This document shows, one piece after another, positions 44,433 through 56,907 of a stretch of 64,000 nt of DNA (within the stretch, counting starts at the first letter, position 1; each line of letters begins with the position of its first letter). Position numbers and translations under genes: made by a program. Source of the DNA: Paraspadella gotoi (taxonomy: Eukaryota; Animalia; Chaetognatha); contig CM119267.1 in the NCBI GenBank assembly GCA_051294375.1, positions 17,526,937-17,590,936 on the forward strand, read 5' to 3'. Below the pieces are notes generated by a model. It had not been told where the DNA came from, did not search any database, and worked only from the letters and a program-made list of their open reading frames with translations.

Positions 44433-47400
44433 CTCTCTCTCTCTGTCTCTCTCTCTCTTCCTCATTCTCTCCGCTTTTCTCTTTCATCACGAAAAATATT
44501 TTTATCCTTGAGGAAAAGGATTGAAATCTGGTGAGGATTTATGAAGATGGGAGCGATAGAGAGATGGAAACTCCTCTCTCTCTCTCTCTCTCATCCTCAT
44601 CTCTCTCCTCTCTCTCTCTCTCTTCACTTTCTCTCATCTCTCTCTCTCGCTTCCTCTCCTCTCTCTCCTCTCTCTCTCTCTCTCTGCTCTCTCTCTTCTC
44701 TCTCTTCTATCTTCTTCGTTTGAGCGGCCGTCGTACCTCAATTCTCTTATATCTGCAAAATGCTACGGCTCGCTTTCTTCAGCACATGAATCGCCAACCA
44801 CCGATGTCAATGTCATTTGTCCTTGCCATTCTTCCTCCTCTTCTTTTCTCTCTTCTTCTCTCTCATCTCCTCTCCTCTCTCTCTCTCTCTTCTCATTTAT
44901 TATATCTCTCTCGTCATCTCTCTCTCTCTCTTCCCATCTCACAAAGGAAACGCCCACATGTACCCAGAGAATATTTCCCATTCCGCCAATGGTCTGCGTG
45001 TTTTGGTTTTCCTTCGACTTCTCTGCTGCACCGATCCAGTCATCCACCTCTGCATCATCTCCGTCGACAGTTGCAGGCGGAGAGAGGAGAGGGGACGAGA
45101 GAGGGGAGAGGGAGTGGGGAGAAGAGGCGAAGGAAAAAGCATTTGGGGAGAGCGATGGAAGGGCGAGGAAAGAGAGGACAGGAAGAAGGAAGTAGGAAAG
45201 GTTAGCATAGGGATGCGGAAAGAGAAGTGAAAGGAAGAGGGAGAGGTGAGAGGAAAGTGCGAGTGGTGAATATGCTTGATAGCTGTAAAATGATTAATGT
45301 CTGACGACTGCGTCGAAGACAGAAAAACCATGGTAAAAATACAGACCTCATATGCGACGTCTTACTTCGGAAAAAAAAATTAAATGAGTTGTTAGTAGTA
45401 GAAAGGACGAAATAAAAAAATGAAGATGCGAATAGCACCGCACCCTGAACCTGGATTCATCTGCAATTTAATGAGTGCAGATACTATTCCAAAAAACCAT
45501 TATATATGAAAGTAATATTAACGTTTTATGTGAGATTTGTAGAAACCTATAACGTCTCCTACAAAGCACTTAACATAAATTATATCCTCTTCAGTTTTTC
45601 TTAACTTATGCAATGCCCGATTCCATGTCTTGACAACCATTCTGAAGTAGAGCCGACGAGAGTTCGATTCCTCGTTGACTTGAGCGACCATTAATCTCCA
45701 TAAATCTCGAACTTCACCCAAAAAACGTTCATGAGTTTTTTAGAAAGAGACGGACAAGAGGAATTTTTCCGGCTGAAAAAAGAGGAACTAATTGAGACAG
45801 AGAGTTGAGACTTTGACCAGTGGAGATTCTTGCGTCTACCAGATGTGGAGAGTTAAGTTACGTTTTTGTAAGCTTTTTTTTAACGAGATAACAAGCGAAA
45901 TCTGTCTGAAAGAAATATAGAATTGTTTATCAGTGTCAAACAAGAAAAAAAATTTATGGACATTTAATTTACTAGTTCAAGATGACTTCTCCCAAAATAG
46001 AGATTGCACCTTTCAATTGTATACCAAACTTATGATAGATTCAATTAAAATCAAGTTATACGAATCATTATTTCGATTTATTTTATATCAAGGCGCATCT
46101 TGAAGCGTGACTTCACAAAGCACTCCATTCAAGTTTCTTTCTTTTTACATTTTATTTTTCATTGACTCATTGACTCCCCTCCTCGAGTATCTAATTACAA
46201 TCAAATCCGCGAGCGGATAAGTTACGTAAAAAAAAGCACGAAAAAAACTTGTCTTTTTTCTTTCACCGGTTGTTCATCGATGCCCGCGACGAGAAATCCA
46301 GTCTAAAATTCCCTCGACGATTGCGAAAAAGGAGAAGCGGAGGGAAATGGAGGCGTGTTGCGGCCTGGAAGAGAAGCGGCATAAGTGCTCGGTATTGAGA
46401 AGCGGAAAGAGGAAATACGGGTATGCTGAATCGATAGGTAGTCTCAAAAAATATTGTGTAGAAACGGAAAAACCAAGTTCGAGATTTGGTGGAAATGACT
46501 TTAAAAGTAGCAATATACACAATAGAAATGAAAAGATGGAAAAAAATACCATTTAAATGAAAGTTGTGTTGGTAGTTCTAAGAGTGAAGAAAAAAAACAC
46601 AATACAAGAAATAGGCGGTTGATAAAGCGAAAACAACACGAGAAGCGCGGAAATGGAATTTAAACCGAGGAATGTCGAAAAATGGAGTCGCGGGTTAAAA
46701 CGAAAACATTAAAAAAGCTGCAAAAATTCTGGATTAAGAAAAAGGCGAAAGGGGAAAGAGTACAGATAGAAGAAAAGGTCAAGGAGTGGAAAATAAAAAA
46801 AAGCACGATATCGGGAAATGCCAAAGACCGCCCAAAAACGAACAAATAAAATGAGGGTCAGAAAGATGAGATGAGAGAGAGAGAGACGCAGAGAGACACT
46901 GACAGCAAGATCTGAGAGCACGCACGAGAGAGAATCAAGGAGAGAGAGGAGAGAGAGAGCAAGAACGGCTTGAGAGTTGTTAAAATCTATAAACTCATAC
47001 ACAACATAAAAATTATCACAATTTAATTTAATATAAATAAGCTATTCTTGCACACTGTACTTGTGTGTGTTTTAAGATATTATCGATAGCATGGTCCCTG
47101 CCAAGTTTTCAATCAAGACTCTCTCAGCCAGTCCCGTTCTTATCTTGGAATAGAGCGATGGAAGCCTTACAACACACCTCTGCAAAAGTCAGAGCGGAGA
47201 TAGGCCTGCTTTGAATGAAATGCATTATTTTTCATATTGCGTTTGTATTCAATTTCATAATGTCTTGAATGACGCCGTTTGAGATTAAAAGAATTGAATA
47301 ATTTAAATAATTAATTTTTTAAAAAAATTTTAAGGATGGAAATAACGTGAGATGGGGAAATAGAGGCGAGAAAAACAAAAAAAAAGGGTTAAGGAACCAG

Positions 47401-50400
47401 CTAACAGTGAACATAATCACAGATGCACGTCGTGAAGGATGAATAAAAAAGAGCATTGAAGTAAGAAAAAAAAGTAAACCGAGATGATCGGCGTGAGATG
47501 TTAGCAATTAAAGAAAGTTTGGAGAACTTAGAAATTCAATAGAAGCAAAGCGTAGCATATAAAACAGCAAAAGAACAAGTGAAGAAGTTTTTGGAAAAAA
47601 AAATGCTGTGCTCTCCCTGCCCCACTAGTACCCAAAATGAATCCTAAGTGCCCAATCTGCCCATCTGCGCCAACTGCCGATTTTTATTGATCTACCAACC
47701 AACAAGTGCGCAAACTCCCGCTTGCCAAAGGCGAACTCGATTTTTTGTTTTTTTTTTGGCTAGCTAAACAGATTAAAAGGGACAAAGATTAACGAAGTAA
47801 AACAACACAAGGAGAGTAAAGCGAAAAGTCATCCGAAAAAAGATGAACAAGAAAACAGACATAAAACCCAACGGCCCTTTTATAGCTCCTGGAAGCAGCT
47901 TTCCCTCTTTGTTTCTCTTCTCCGTCTTTCTCTAATCAAAAGCAAGATCACCAATCTTTCTCGGCTTGGTTAATCTATCGTACTTTGAACCATAATAAAG
48001 GTCCTATCTCTCTCTTTTTTATTCTCGCCAATGTCCAATACACATTTATATCACTTCAAAGTAATAAATATTATCTGACTAACAATCATTACATTCAAGA
48101 ATAATAGCCATCAACTGCCCTCTACAATGAGTTGGGAAACTTTTAAACAATTGTACTAAACGTTTTGAAACCTATTTAAATTTTAATCATTCTACCGTAT
48201 TAAAAAAGCTATATAAAAAATATATATAGAAAAACCTGTCAGGCTTAGGAACACGGAAAAACCGATTTATAGTTTTACACGTATTGTAATAAACTATAGA
48301 TGATCTAACTACTCAAATTAATTTTGCCGCACCGTCTTTTCAGTTCTACATGTAATTTCTTGTATCAAAGGTTCCAAGTTTTTGGGTTAATCTTTTCATG
48401 CTTCATAACAAAATTCAAAGATGATTAAATGTTACGTTCGCTAATGAAAACATACGCCGAAACATTATGAGCAACGCACCAACTGAAAAGAATGTTAAGT
48501 CAAATACAAATCAAATCGTTTAAAAAACATTCTGATGAGTGAGATACGTACCCGGCCGAAACACATTGGCGTATTTCATTCAAAAAAAATGAGCCAAGAA
48601 AATAAGAGAAAGGAATTTCGAAGATTGTGAATCCCGGTTGTTGCTTTTTGTCATCTTCCTGATTTATTTTTAAATCTTTCTTTAAAAGGTCACAAAGTTG
48701 GAAACAAGTTAATTGAGACTTTAATAAAAATGAGAAGTTGTTAATAAATATTCGAAACAATGTTACTCTCAACTTGGATAGAGAAAGATAGAAAAATATT
48801 CGCTATGCCAATAGGATCCAATTTATGCCGCAAATGATGGTACCAAAAATATCCAAACTAGACGGTTTCGAAAGAATAGAAAATCCATTGACGAATATAT
48901 ATTGATACTGGAATAGTTAAATACTGCTGCTTAAAATGTATCAAAGTTATCAATGAGCGAAAGTTAAAGGCACAGCTGACGTAAATTTTTTTTAAAAAGT
49001 ACCTGGCAGGAGCGCACCCAACTGCCAAACGGTCCAATCAACATTGGATAAAATCCAACCAGTATTTGGGAATAGCGAAGCCAAAATGAACCAAGATCGA
49101 GTAAAAAATATGGCAGTTGTAATTTGGGGATATCTTTGAATTAAAGTAAACTTCGGAATGTTCGAAAATGAAATGATGGCCGGCGTTAGTTAGAAAGCAA
49201 ACCTACTAGTGCCAGTTATGGAGTGATAGACCTGACCAATAGAAATGTTTTATTTGCGGTTCAAATTTAAAATAATAAATATAAATGAAAAAAACTATTC
49301 TTTATTATGCTTCAGGACGCTCCCTTATCGAGTTTCTAAACCTTTCAAGGAATTAAAAAAAAAAACCTGAAAATTTAAAAAAAAAATGTAATTAGTTATG
49401 AGCATCTGAGCAAGTAGGTAAAAAGGATAAAATTAAAAAAGTTCTTATACGTATCTACAACTTCGTACATTGTACCTGCTCTTTAGTTGTAGTTTTTTCT
49501 ATTGAGAATTGCTCTCTATAATGAGTCCAAACAACATTGAGATTATAGAGCGAGCACCCACATCACCTTGAAAATATTATATTTTACACTTGACTTTTGC
49601 TATAAAACACAAATGTTACTTTCGATTTTAAATCACAGTTTGCGCTAACCTAGCGGGCAATCAGTCATGGCGATTGAAAACGACGAGGTAACCAACCGTT
49701 AGTATAGTAACACCCGGACGTGACCGCGCGATGGATGCGGTTTTAACGCTGGCGCTCAGTTGAGAGAGAGCTGACCGCCGAGTCGTCGTCAAGACGAATA
49801 GAGGGATGTTGAAAATCTGTGGCAGTGAGACAAATGAAGCCGTTCATCACCCGCTGGCTCGTCGAAAGCCTTTGAGAAAAAATATATTTATATATTATAC
49901 ATATTTATATAATATATGTTATATTTGTTTGTACCAATTTCATATCCTTTTTAATTAGTGGTTCTAATTTGACGACTCTACGTCTCTTTATGCAATTTAA
50001 ACAAAAAAAATGGAGAAAAAAATATGAAATTATCGTAGTATTAAATAAGTTCAACAATATAATGTCCTTCTCATTACTTATTTACCCCATTGTTTCGACC
50101 AATTACATTGACCGTAAGACCAACATATGTAGCGCAGACACCGAGGAGAACTGCGTTGACCGGGTCGATTAGAATCTCTCCCAGTTTGGCGGAATCGGCG
50201 CTATTGCAACCAGTTTCCATCGTTTCCTAATTTCCCATCCGTTTCAAAAGTCATTTGGGATAATTAAGTATAATTTTTCCTAAAAGGTTTGTTTTTTGTT
50301 GCAAATTTTCGAATGATTTATAATTTTCCTATTTTTTTTAAACATTTGATCTTCTTTAAAAATTTTAAAACGATGTAAATGTATATCATAAAATTTATCC

Positions 50401-51222
50401 TTGAACGGCGTTGATTAAGATGCTTCAATCTATGTTTCTTTTAAAATGATAAATTTGACACAAATGAACAAATCGTTAGGAGCATTCAGCTGAATATTAT
50501 TAGAGTTTCTGTTCGTTTTTTATGATCCGAAACTCGCTGCGTCTCAGTTCAGCAGTTTTCACGTCATTCCCTTTTATTGGGCTTGAAAAGTAAACAAGTT
50601 TGGACAAACAACGTTGAATTTTGTAATCTACTTCCTTCTTGGGTAAATTAATCTATCGAATGTCTTTTGAAAAGATTGTAACAAATAACGTGTGTAGTAG
50701 AATCATGACCATATACGCGATTATTTTAAAAAAAATCAGTTAAATCCACCAATTTTAACAATTTTAAATGATAATGTAGAAATCGTAGAACAAAATGTTA
50801 AATATAAATAAAAAAAGAACATTACCTGCGAGGGCATGGCACGAGGCAGAAAGTAACGGTAAACACGCTCGAGTCGGCCGACGCGGAGGATCAATTGGAT
50901 CGATGATGAAGGCATGTGATAAAAACGGAATGAGCCAAGGAAAAGGGGAAAAGAAAATTGGTTGTGAGATTTATCTGAATGTTGCCAAGATAACAGTCAA
51001 AATGAAAGTTAAATGCGCTGAATTATAAGTGTCGCCAATTTGACACTCTAAACACTTTGTATTTATTTTCTTCTCCGTTTTTTTGAAAAATAAAATCCTA
51101 CGCAAACGGTACATAGATACAAATAATGTCTTCTTACTCTCTTTGTCCCTTTAGTATTTTACTAAATCTTTAAAATCCCTTTCTCTCTCTCTCTCTCTCT
51201 CCTCTTCTACCTCTCTCTCTCT

Positions 51223-51261
<39 letters not shown>

Positions 51262-53898
51262 CTTCTCTCGCACTTACCTCTTTCCCACCGTTATCTTTTA
51301 ACTTAAGTCTCAAGTTAATTTTAAGTCCTTAAAACCAGAAGGACACCACGCCACTTCCTCTTCCCCACTCGATGTGGCGTTCATCCCCATTTCGAGAGCG
51401 GGACAGGGTGCCGCCTCACCCCTTTCCAATTCCCAAAGATTAATTTTCCGAGAAATGAGTCGAGTGGGGCGAGCGGCGGACCGGTCCACGGTGCAGATGG
51501 TCAGCCGTGAAATATACCTTGACTGGAATACTCCAGATGAAATGACGTTTTTTTTTAGTCGCCGTCGCAAAACGGAGTGAGTGGTTCGTTGGCGTGTTTA
51601 TTTTTAAAAATACTTTGATCGAGGACTGTCAAAGGTTTCAAATAAATATTTATAGGCTTGTAAAAGTGACATTCGCCGAGGAAAAAAATATTGATTCCGA
51701 AATTTAAATTCTTTTTTCGAAAAAATGAATTGAATGAAAAATCAAATGAATAAATGAATGATTTATAAAAAAAAATATTCATGACGAACAAATGAAAAAA
51801 AATTTCAACATTTATTTAATAGATAAATAGAATACATGAAACGAAAAATAATTTCGCCACGATTATTTAATAGATAAATAGAAATAATGTGACCCACGAA
51901 AAAAATTTCACGATTATTAATAGAATAGAAATGAATAAAATGAAACGAACGATAAAAATCTTTCTCGTGACTTCAGATGTGTGGCCGTCAAGTATCCCCT
52001 CAAGTACGGGAACGCGCGCCGCTCCAAACGACGCCATCTTTGGTTCAAAATCGCCGGCGCCTGGTTCGTCTCTTTCGGCGTCGCGGCCGCCGCTCTTCGC
52101 CATCGCTTCCAGCGACAACTCCTTGTTATAGGAGCAGGTAGAAAAAGTGTTTCGATTCTGGAGCGGTCGCCAGTGAAATATTGGCGAAAAAACAAAAAAC
52201 CCAAAAAACTACACTTGTAAAAACCTCAACGATTTGCCCAAAAAATCAAACCACAGTGCACTTCTTATACAATTCATATCATGAACTTGAAACGAACGTA
52301 CACCGTAATACGTTTTTTTTTTTTTTTTTATTTTTTCATTTGAATTTTCGAGCAATTCGGTAGTGTGCCACTAATTAACCTGCCGAAACCCACTCTCTCG
52401 GCCCTTTGCAGCAGCAACGCGGACTTGCATGCCTCCGCAACGCCACTTTATCGTTCACGTCTTCCACGGCCTCTTTCTTCCTTCCGCTCGTCATCATGCT
52501 CATCATGTACCGGCACGACGAGTCTACAATCCTCAAACAAAACGTTAGTCTTTGTTACATTTATTTATCAAATTGATGTATAATGCGATTATATTTGTGA
52601 TTTTTGGAATAATGAATCCTACCAAACCGCTGGTGAAGGAGTGTATGGAAGCCTAGGTATTTGAGTCCTCTGAAGTTAGTAAACTTTAAAAGTGGGAAAT
52701 TAACTAACAAACTAACTTAATTGAAAGCATACAATCTACAATTAAGTTCAAAGCGAATATTTGACTTCAGGAGCAAAGGCCGAACGAGGCGACCAGGGAA
52801 ACTAGGGCAAGTCGGTCAGTCGCAGATCGAGAAAGATCGCAAAAGTCTACGACTGCGAAAAATATGGTTATTATAATAAAATGATATCAATATACTAATT
52901 ACTATTTAAAAATAATTCTTGTTTATGAAAAGTAACAATTTTGCTTATTTCCTTTTTTTCCGTTTTCCTCGTTCCCTTTCCACAGCCCCATCATCCTCGG
53001 CGCGCCAAATCGTTGCCCGACGCATCCCGCACGTTCCTCTCCATCTTGGCGCCCAAGATTCCTACCTCCGACCGCGCCACGCTCAATCAGTGACGCGTTC
53101 CACGGCGACGCCGCCGCAGCAGCCGCGGTGAACCGGCTTTCGTGGCTGCGCTCGCCAGCCGAAACGGTTGAGGTACCGGCGCGGTTTCGGAAAGAGTTCG
53201 CGAACTGGCGAACGGGCGGCGCCGTTTGCCGTCGTCGCAGGCCGGCCGCCGTCGTTTCAACCGCCGGAAAACGACGAGGTGCGAAAGGTAAAAAAAAACT
53301 GAGGATAAATTGAAGGTGTTCCGCCGCAGAGACCAATCAAAACAAACGGAGCTAATGGAAAAAACAAACAAATGGAAAGAGAGTCGCCTGCGTCGGCATT
53401 GGGTGATTAATTTTCCCGCTAACCTTCGAGAGGCGCCGCCATTTGCCTTTTTCACTCGCTCACGATTGTTTTGTACCCCTCTTTTTGAAATAAAGGGCTT
53501 TGAATTTTAATTTTGGAGACAGTAAGGTAGTTTGCATACGGCTAAACCGTATACCAAAAGCAACAATTAGACCAAATTCAAAGTTATTTATCTTTCATAA
53601 TTTATGATTCAACTGTCACTCTCAATTTTCTTTTTTCGAATCAACAAGAGCTCATTATAAATCTATTTCATTTACTTCATTTTCAAAAGAGATTCTCTCG
53701 CGTAAGCTCACATCTTCTTGCAGCAATTTCGTCGGAAGCTGCAGTATCTCGTCTGCGAAGCTCCCTCAGAGAGCGAGGAACGGGACCGCGCTGGACGCTG
53801 AATTTGATCGTGCTCGTGGAATTCTTTCGCTGTTTTCTGTGTGGGAATTCAAAGCCGCAGCTTCACGTGTGCGATATATTTTCTCACCTTCAATCAAG
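39272..53898 (+). CDS. Class A aminergic GPCR, 5-HT2-like serotonin receptor; exons 39272-39509, 43282-43422, 44947-45070, 51977-52137, 52412-52543, 52986-53172 and a tentative TM6 exon at about 53723-53898; TM7 not found
   Basis: The N-terminus has NDS/NFS sequons. Motifs: TM1 VTVVG|[40 protein letters not shown], TM3 CVFWFSFDVLCCTGSIIHLCIISVDR|C, TM4 KIAGAWFVSFGVAAP, TM5 FIVTSSTASFFLPLVIMLIMY. ERKLQN, SI.HLC and KI...W..S.G are 5-HT2-type motifs, and D3.32 is present. Exons 3-7 carry read-type indels in this copy; exons 3-5 were read using both copies. Confidence 0.85.
39855..41560. other. Fold-back of error-rich inverted copies of receptor exon 1 and its flanks (probable long-read artefact)
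   Basis: About 40360-41280 is the noisy reverse complement of 39225-39826, and about 41320-41560 is the reverse complement of 39855-40110. It starts immediately after a 25-N gap. Confidence 0.85.
43282..43422 (+). CDS. 5-HT2-like receptor coding exon 2 (ICL1-TM2)
   Basis: CAG|GA AAC GTG ATG ... [15 protein letters not shown] ... ATA G|GTGAGC. Confidence 0.92.
48318..50220 (-). CDS. First, indel-riddled copy of the SLC35G-like transporter
   Basis: Collinear with 58184-60014 (ATG at 50220-50218, TAA at 48320-48318). The frameshifts look like raw-read errors. Confidence 0.7.
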
Positions 53899-53904
53899 GT
53901 AAAA

Positions 53905-54710
53905 ACATATCCTGTGGCCCCAAATAATCCCAATAATGTCGTTGTGATTCAAATTTAAAAAAATTTCTTCGAAAATATTTTTTTTTTCTGGATAGGAAGA
54001 TAAATCTAATTGGCTTCAAAATCTAATTGACTGCTCAGCGGGTTTGCATTTTCTTTCTGTGTTCATTTACATCAGGACTAAAGGCAATTCATCTTGGTTT
54101 CAAATTCCCATAATCTCCATATAACAGCACTATATCCTGGGGCTCAAAAACCATAATCTTCTAGATATTGGCAAACAATCTTGCGATTTTTAAAATTCCC
54201 AGATCGTTCTAATTTTTAGAGACCAATATATCCTTACCTTCAAAATCCCATAATCTTCTAATCTGATGTGAATCCCTGAGCTATTCAGAAGTCTTATAAT
54301 TCAAATTTTGTTCTGTTTCATCTTTCTGCCTGGTGCGGTCTACATTATATTTCTGACTTGACTTCCTTCATATTAGGAACTAAGGGCAATACATCTTGTG
54401 GTTTCAAAATACCATAAATTCTAATTTACGGCGAATAAGTCCTGCGGCTTCAATATTCCATAATCCTTCTATATAAGAACTATTGTCTGTGGCTCAAAAT
54501 CCATCATTTTGCAATCTACTCAATACGTTTATTAGTCTCAAAATATTATCATCAATAAAATTGTTCATGCTCTAATCTTCTCCTTTTTGGCTGCGTTCTA
54601 CATCATTTTTTGACGTTCATGCGCAAATCAGGGACCAATCCAAATCCTCCAATATAGGCAACATATCCTGTGCTTTAAATACCTAATCTAATAAGACAAA
54701 AATGTCCTGT
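53905..54710. repeat. Degenerate tandem repeat of about 45 bp (atatcctgtggcttcaaaatcccataatcttcta-like)
   Basis: Recurrent CAAAAT(C)CCATAATCTTCTA and ATATCCTG(T/G)GGC blocks. Confidence 0.7.
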
Positions 54711-54936
54711 CTGGTTAAGGTTAGCCCTTCTTCAATATTCTGTCTCGGCAGAATTTGACGCAATCATCTTAAGCGACGCGTTAAACTCGACTCGTTTTCT
54801 CCCGGACTCTGTGTAGAGTGTATGTTATAAAATTTGTATCGATTTTAAACAATAAACCGTGTAAAAGTCTGAATTATTCTGAAAAAATAAAATATCGCAG
54901 TACCCGAAAAGAAGTATGGCTTCTTTCTATCTCTCT

Positions 54937-56870
54937 CTTCCGCCAATGGTCTGCGTGTTTTGGTTTTCCTTCGACGTTCTCTGCTGCACCGGATCCATCA
55001 TCCACCTCTGCATCATCTCCGTCGACAGGTGCAGGCGGAGAGAGGGAGAGGGGGGGAGAGGGAGTGGGGGAGAAAGAGGGGAAGGAAAAAGCATTTGGGA
55101 GAGAGTGGGAAGATCGAGGGAAAGAGAGGACAGGAAGAAGGAAGGTAGGAAAGGTTAGCATAGGGATGGGAAAGAGAAGTGAAAGGAAGAGGGGAGGGTG
55201 AGAGAAGTGAGTGGGGGTGAATAGCTTGATAGCTGTAATGATTAATGTCTGACGACTCGTCGAAGACAGAAAACCATGGTAAAAGATACAGACCTCTATA
55301 TGCGACGTCTTACTTCGGAAAAAAAAATTAAATTGAGTTGTAGTAGAAAGGACGAAATAAAAAGAATGAAGATGCGAATAGCACCGCACCCTGAAACCTG
55401 ATTCATTCTGTGCAGATACTATTCCAAAGAACCATTATAGTATGAAAGTAATATTAACGTTTTATGTGAGATTTGTAGAACCTGATAACGTCTCCTACAA
55501 GCACTTAACATAAATTATATCCTCTTCAGTTTTCTTTAACTTATGCAATGCCCGATTCCATGTCTTGACAACCATTCTGAAGTCAGCCGACGAGAGTTCG
55601 ATTCCTCGGTGACTTTGAGCGACCATAATCTCCATAAATCTCGAACTTTCACCCAAAAAACGTCATGAGTTTTTAGAAAGAGACGGAAAGAGGAATTTTT
55701 CGGTGAAAAAGAGGAACTAATGAGAGGGAGAGTGAGACTTTTGACCAGTGGAGATTCTTGCGTCTACAGATTTGGAAAGTTAAGTTTACGTTTTTGTAAA
55801 GTTTTTTTTAACGAGATAACAAAGCGAAATCTGTCTGAAAGAAATATAGAATTGTATTATAGTGTCAACAAAAGAAAAAAAATTATGTACATTTAATTTA
55901 CTATGTCAAGATGACTCCCTAAAATAAGAGATTGATCCTTCATTTATACAAATTATATAATCAATAAAATCAATTATAGAATCATTATTTCGATATATTT
56001 TATATCAAAGCGCATCTTGAGGTGACTCAAAGCGACTCCATTCAAGTTTTTTCTTTTTACATTTTCTTGAATCTTCATTGACTTTCATTGACTTTTCTCC
56101 TTCCCTTCTTTTCTTCATCCAGAGTTTCTAATTCAATCAAATCCGCGAGGGTAAGTTACGTTAAAAAAAAGCCACGAAAAAACTTGTCTTTTTTTCTTTC
56201 CCGGTTGTTCATCGATGCCGGACGATGGAATGAAAATCCAGACTCAAATTCCCTCGACGATGGAAAAAGGAGAAGCGGAGGGAAAAGGAGGCGTGATGGG
56301 TGGAGAGAAGCGGATAATGTGGGTATTGAGAAGCGGAAGAGAAAATACGGGTATACTGAATACTGGATAGGATAAGTCTAAAAAATATTGTGAGAAACGG
56401 AAAAACACGTTGAGATTGGCGAAATGACTTTAAAAGTAGAAATTATCAATGAAATGAAAAGAGGAAAAAAAATGCCTTTTAATGAAAGTTGTGTTGGTAG
56501 TTTAGAGTGAAGAAAAAAAAACAATACAAAAATAGGCGGGTGATAAGCGAAAACAAACGAGAAGCCGGAAATGGAATAAACCGAGGAATGTCGAAAAATG
56601 AGTCGCGGGTTAAAAGAAAACATTAAAAAAGCTGAAAATTCTGGATTAAGAAAAGGGAAGAGGGAAAGAGTCAAGATTAGAAAGAAAAGGTCAAGGAGTG
56701 GAAAATAAAAAAGACGATATGCGGGAAATGCAAAGACCGCAAAAAGGAACAAATAAATGAGTCAGAAAGAAAGGAGGATGAATAGAAGAGAAGAAGCGCA
56801 TCAGGAGAGACACTCTCAAGACGAAACAGCGAATCAATAACATGAGGACGAGAGAGAGAGAGAGAGAGAC

Positions 56871-56907
<37 letters not shown>

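Noticed and set aside
51867-52204. Minus-strand ORFs over 51.9-52.2 kb and 61.6-61.9 kb
   Set aside because: They are shadows of the plus-strand receptor exon 4.
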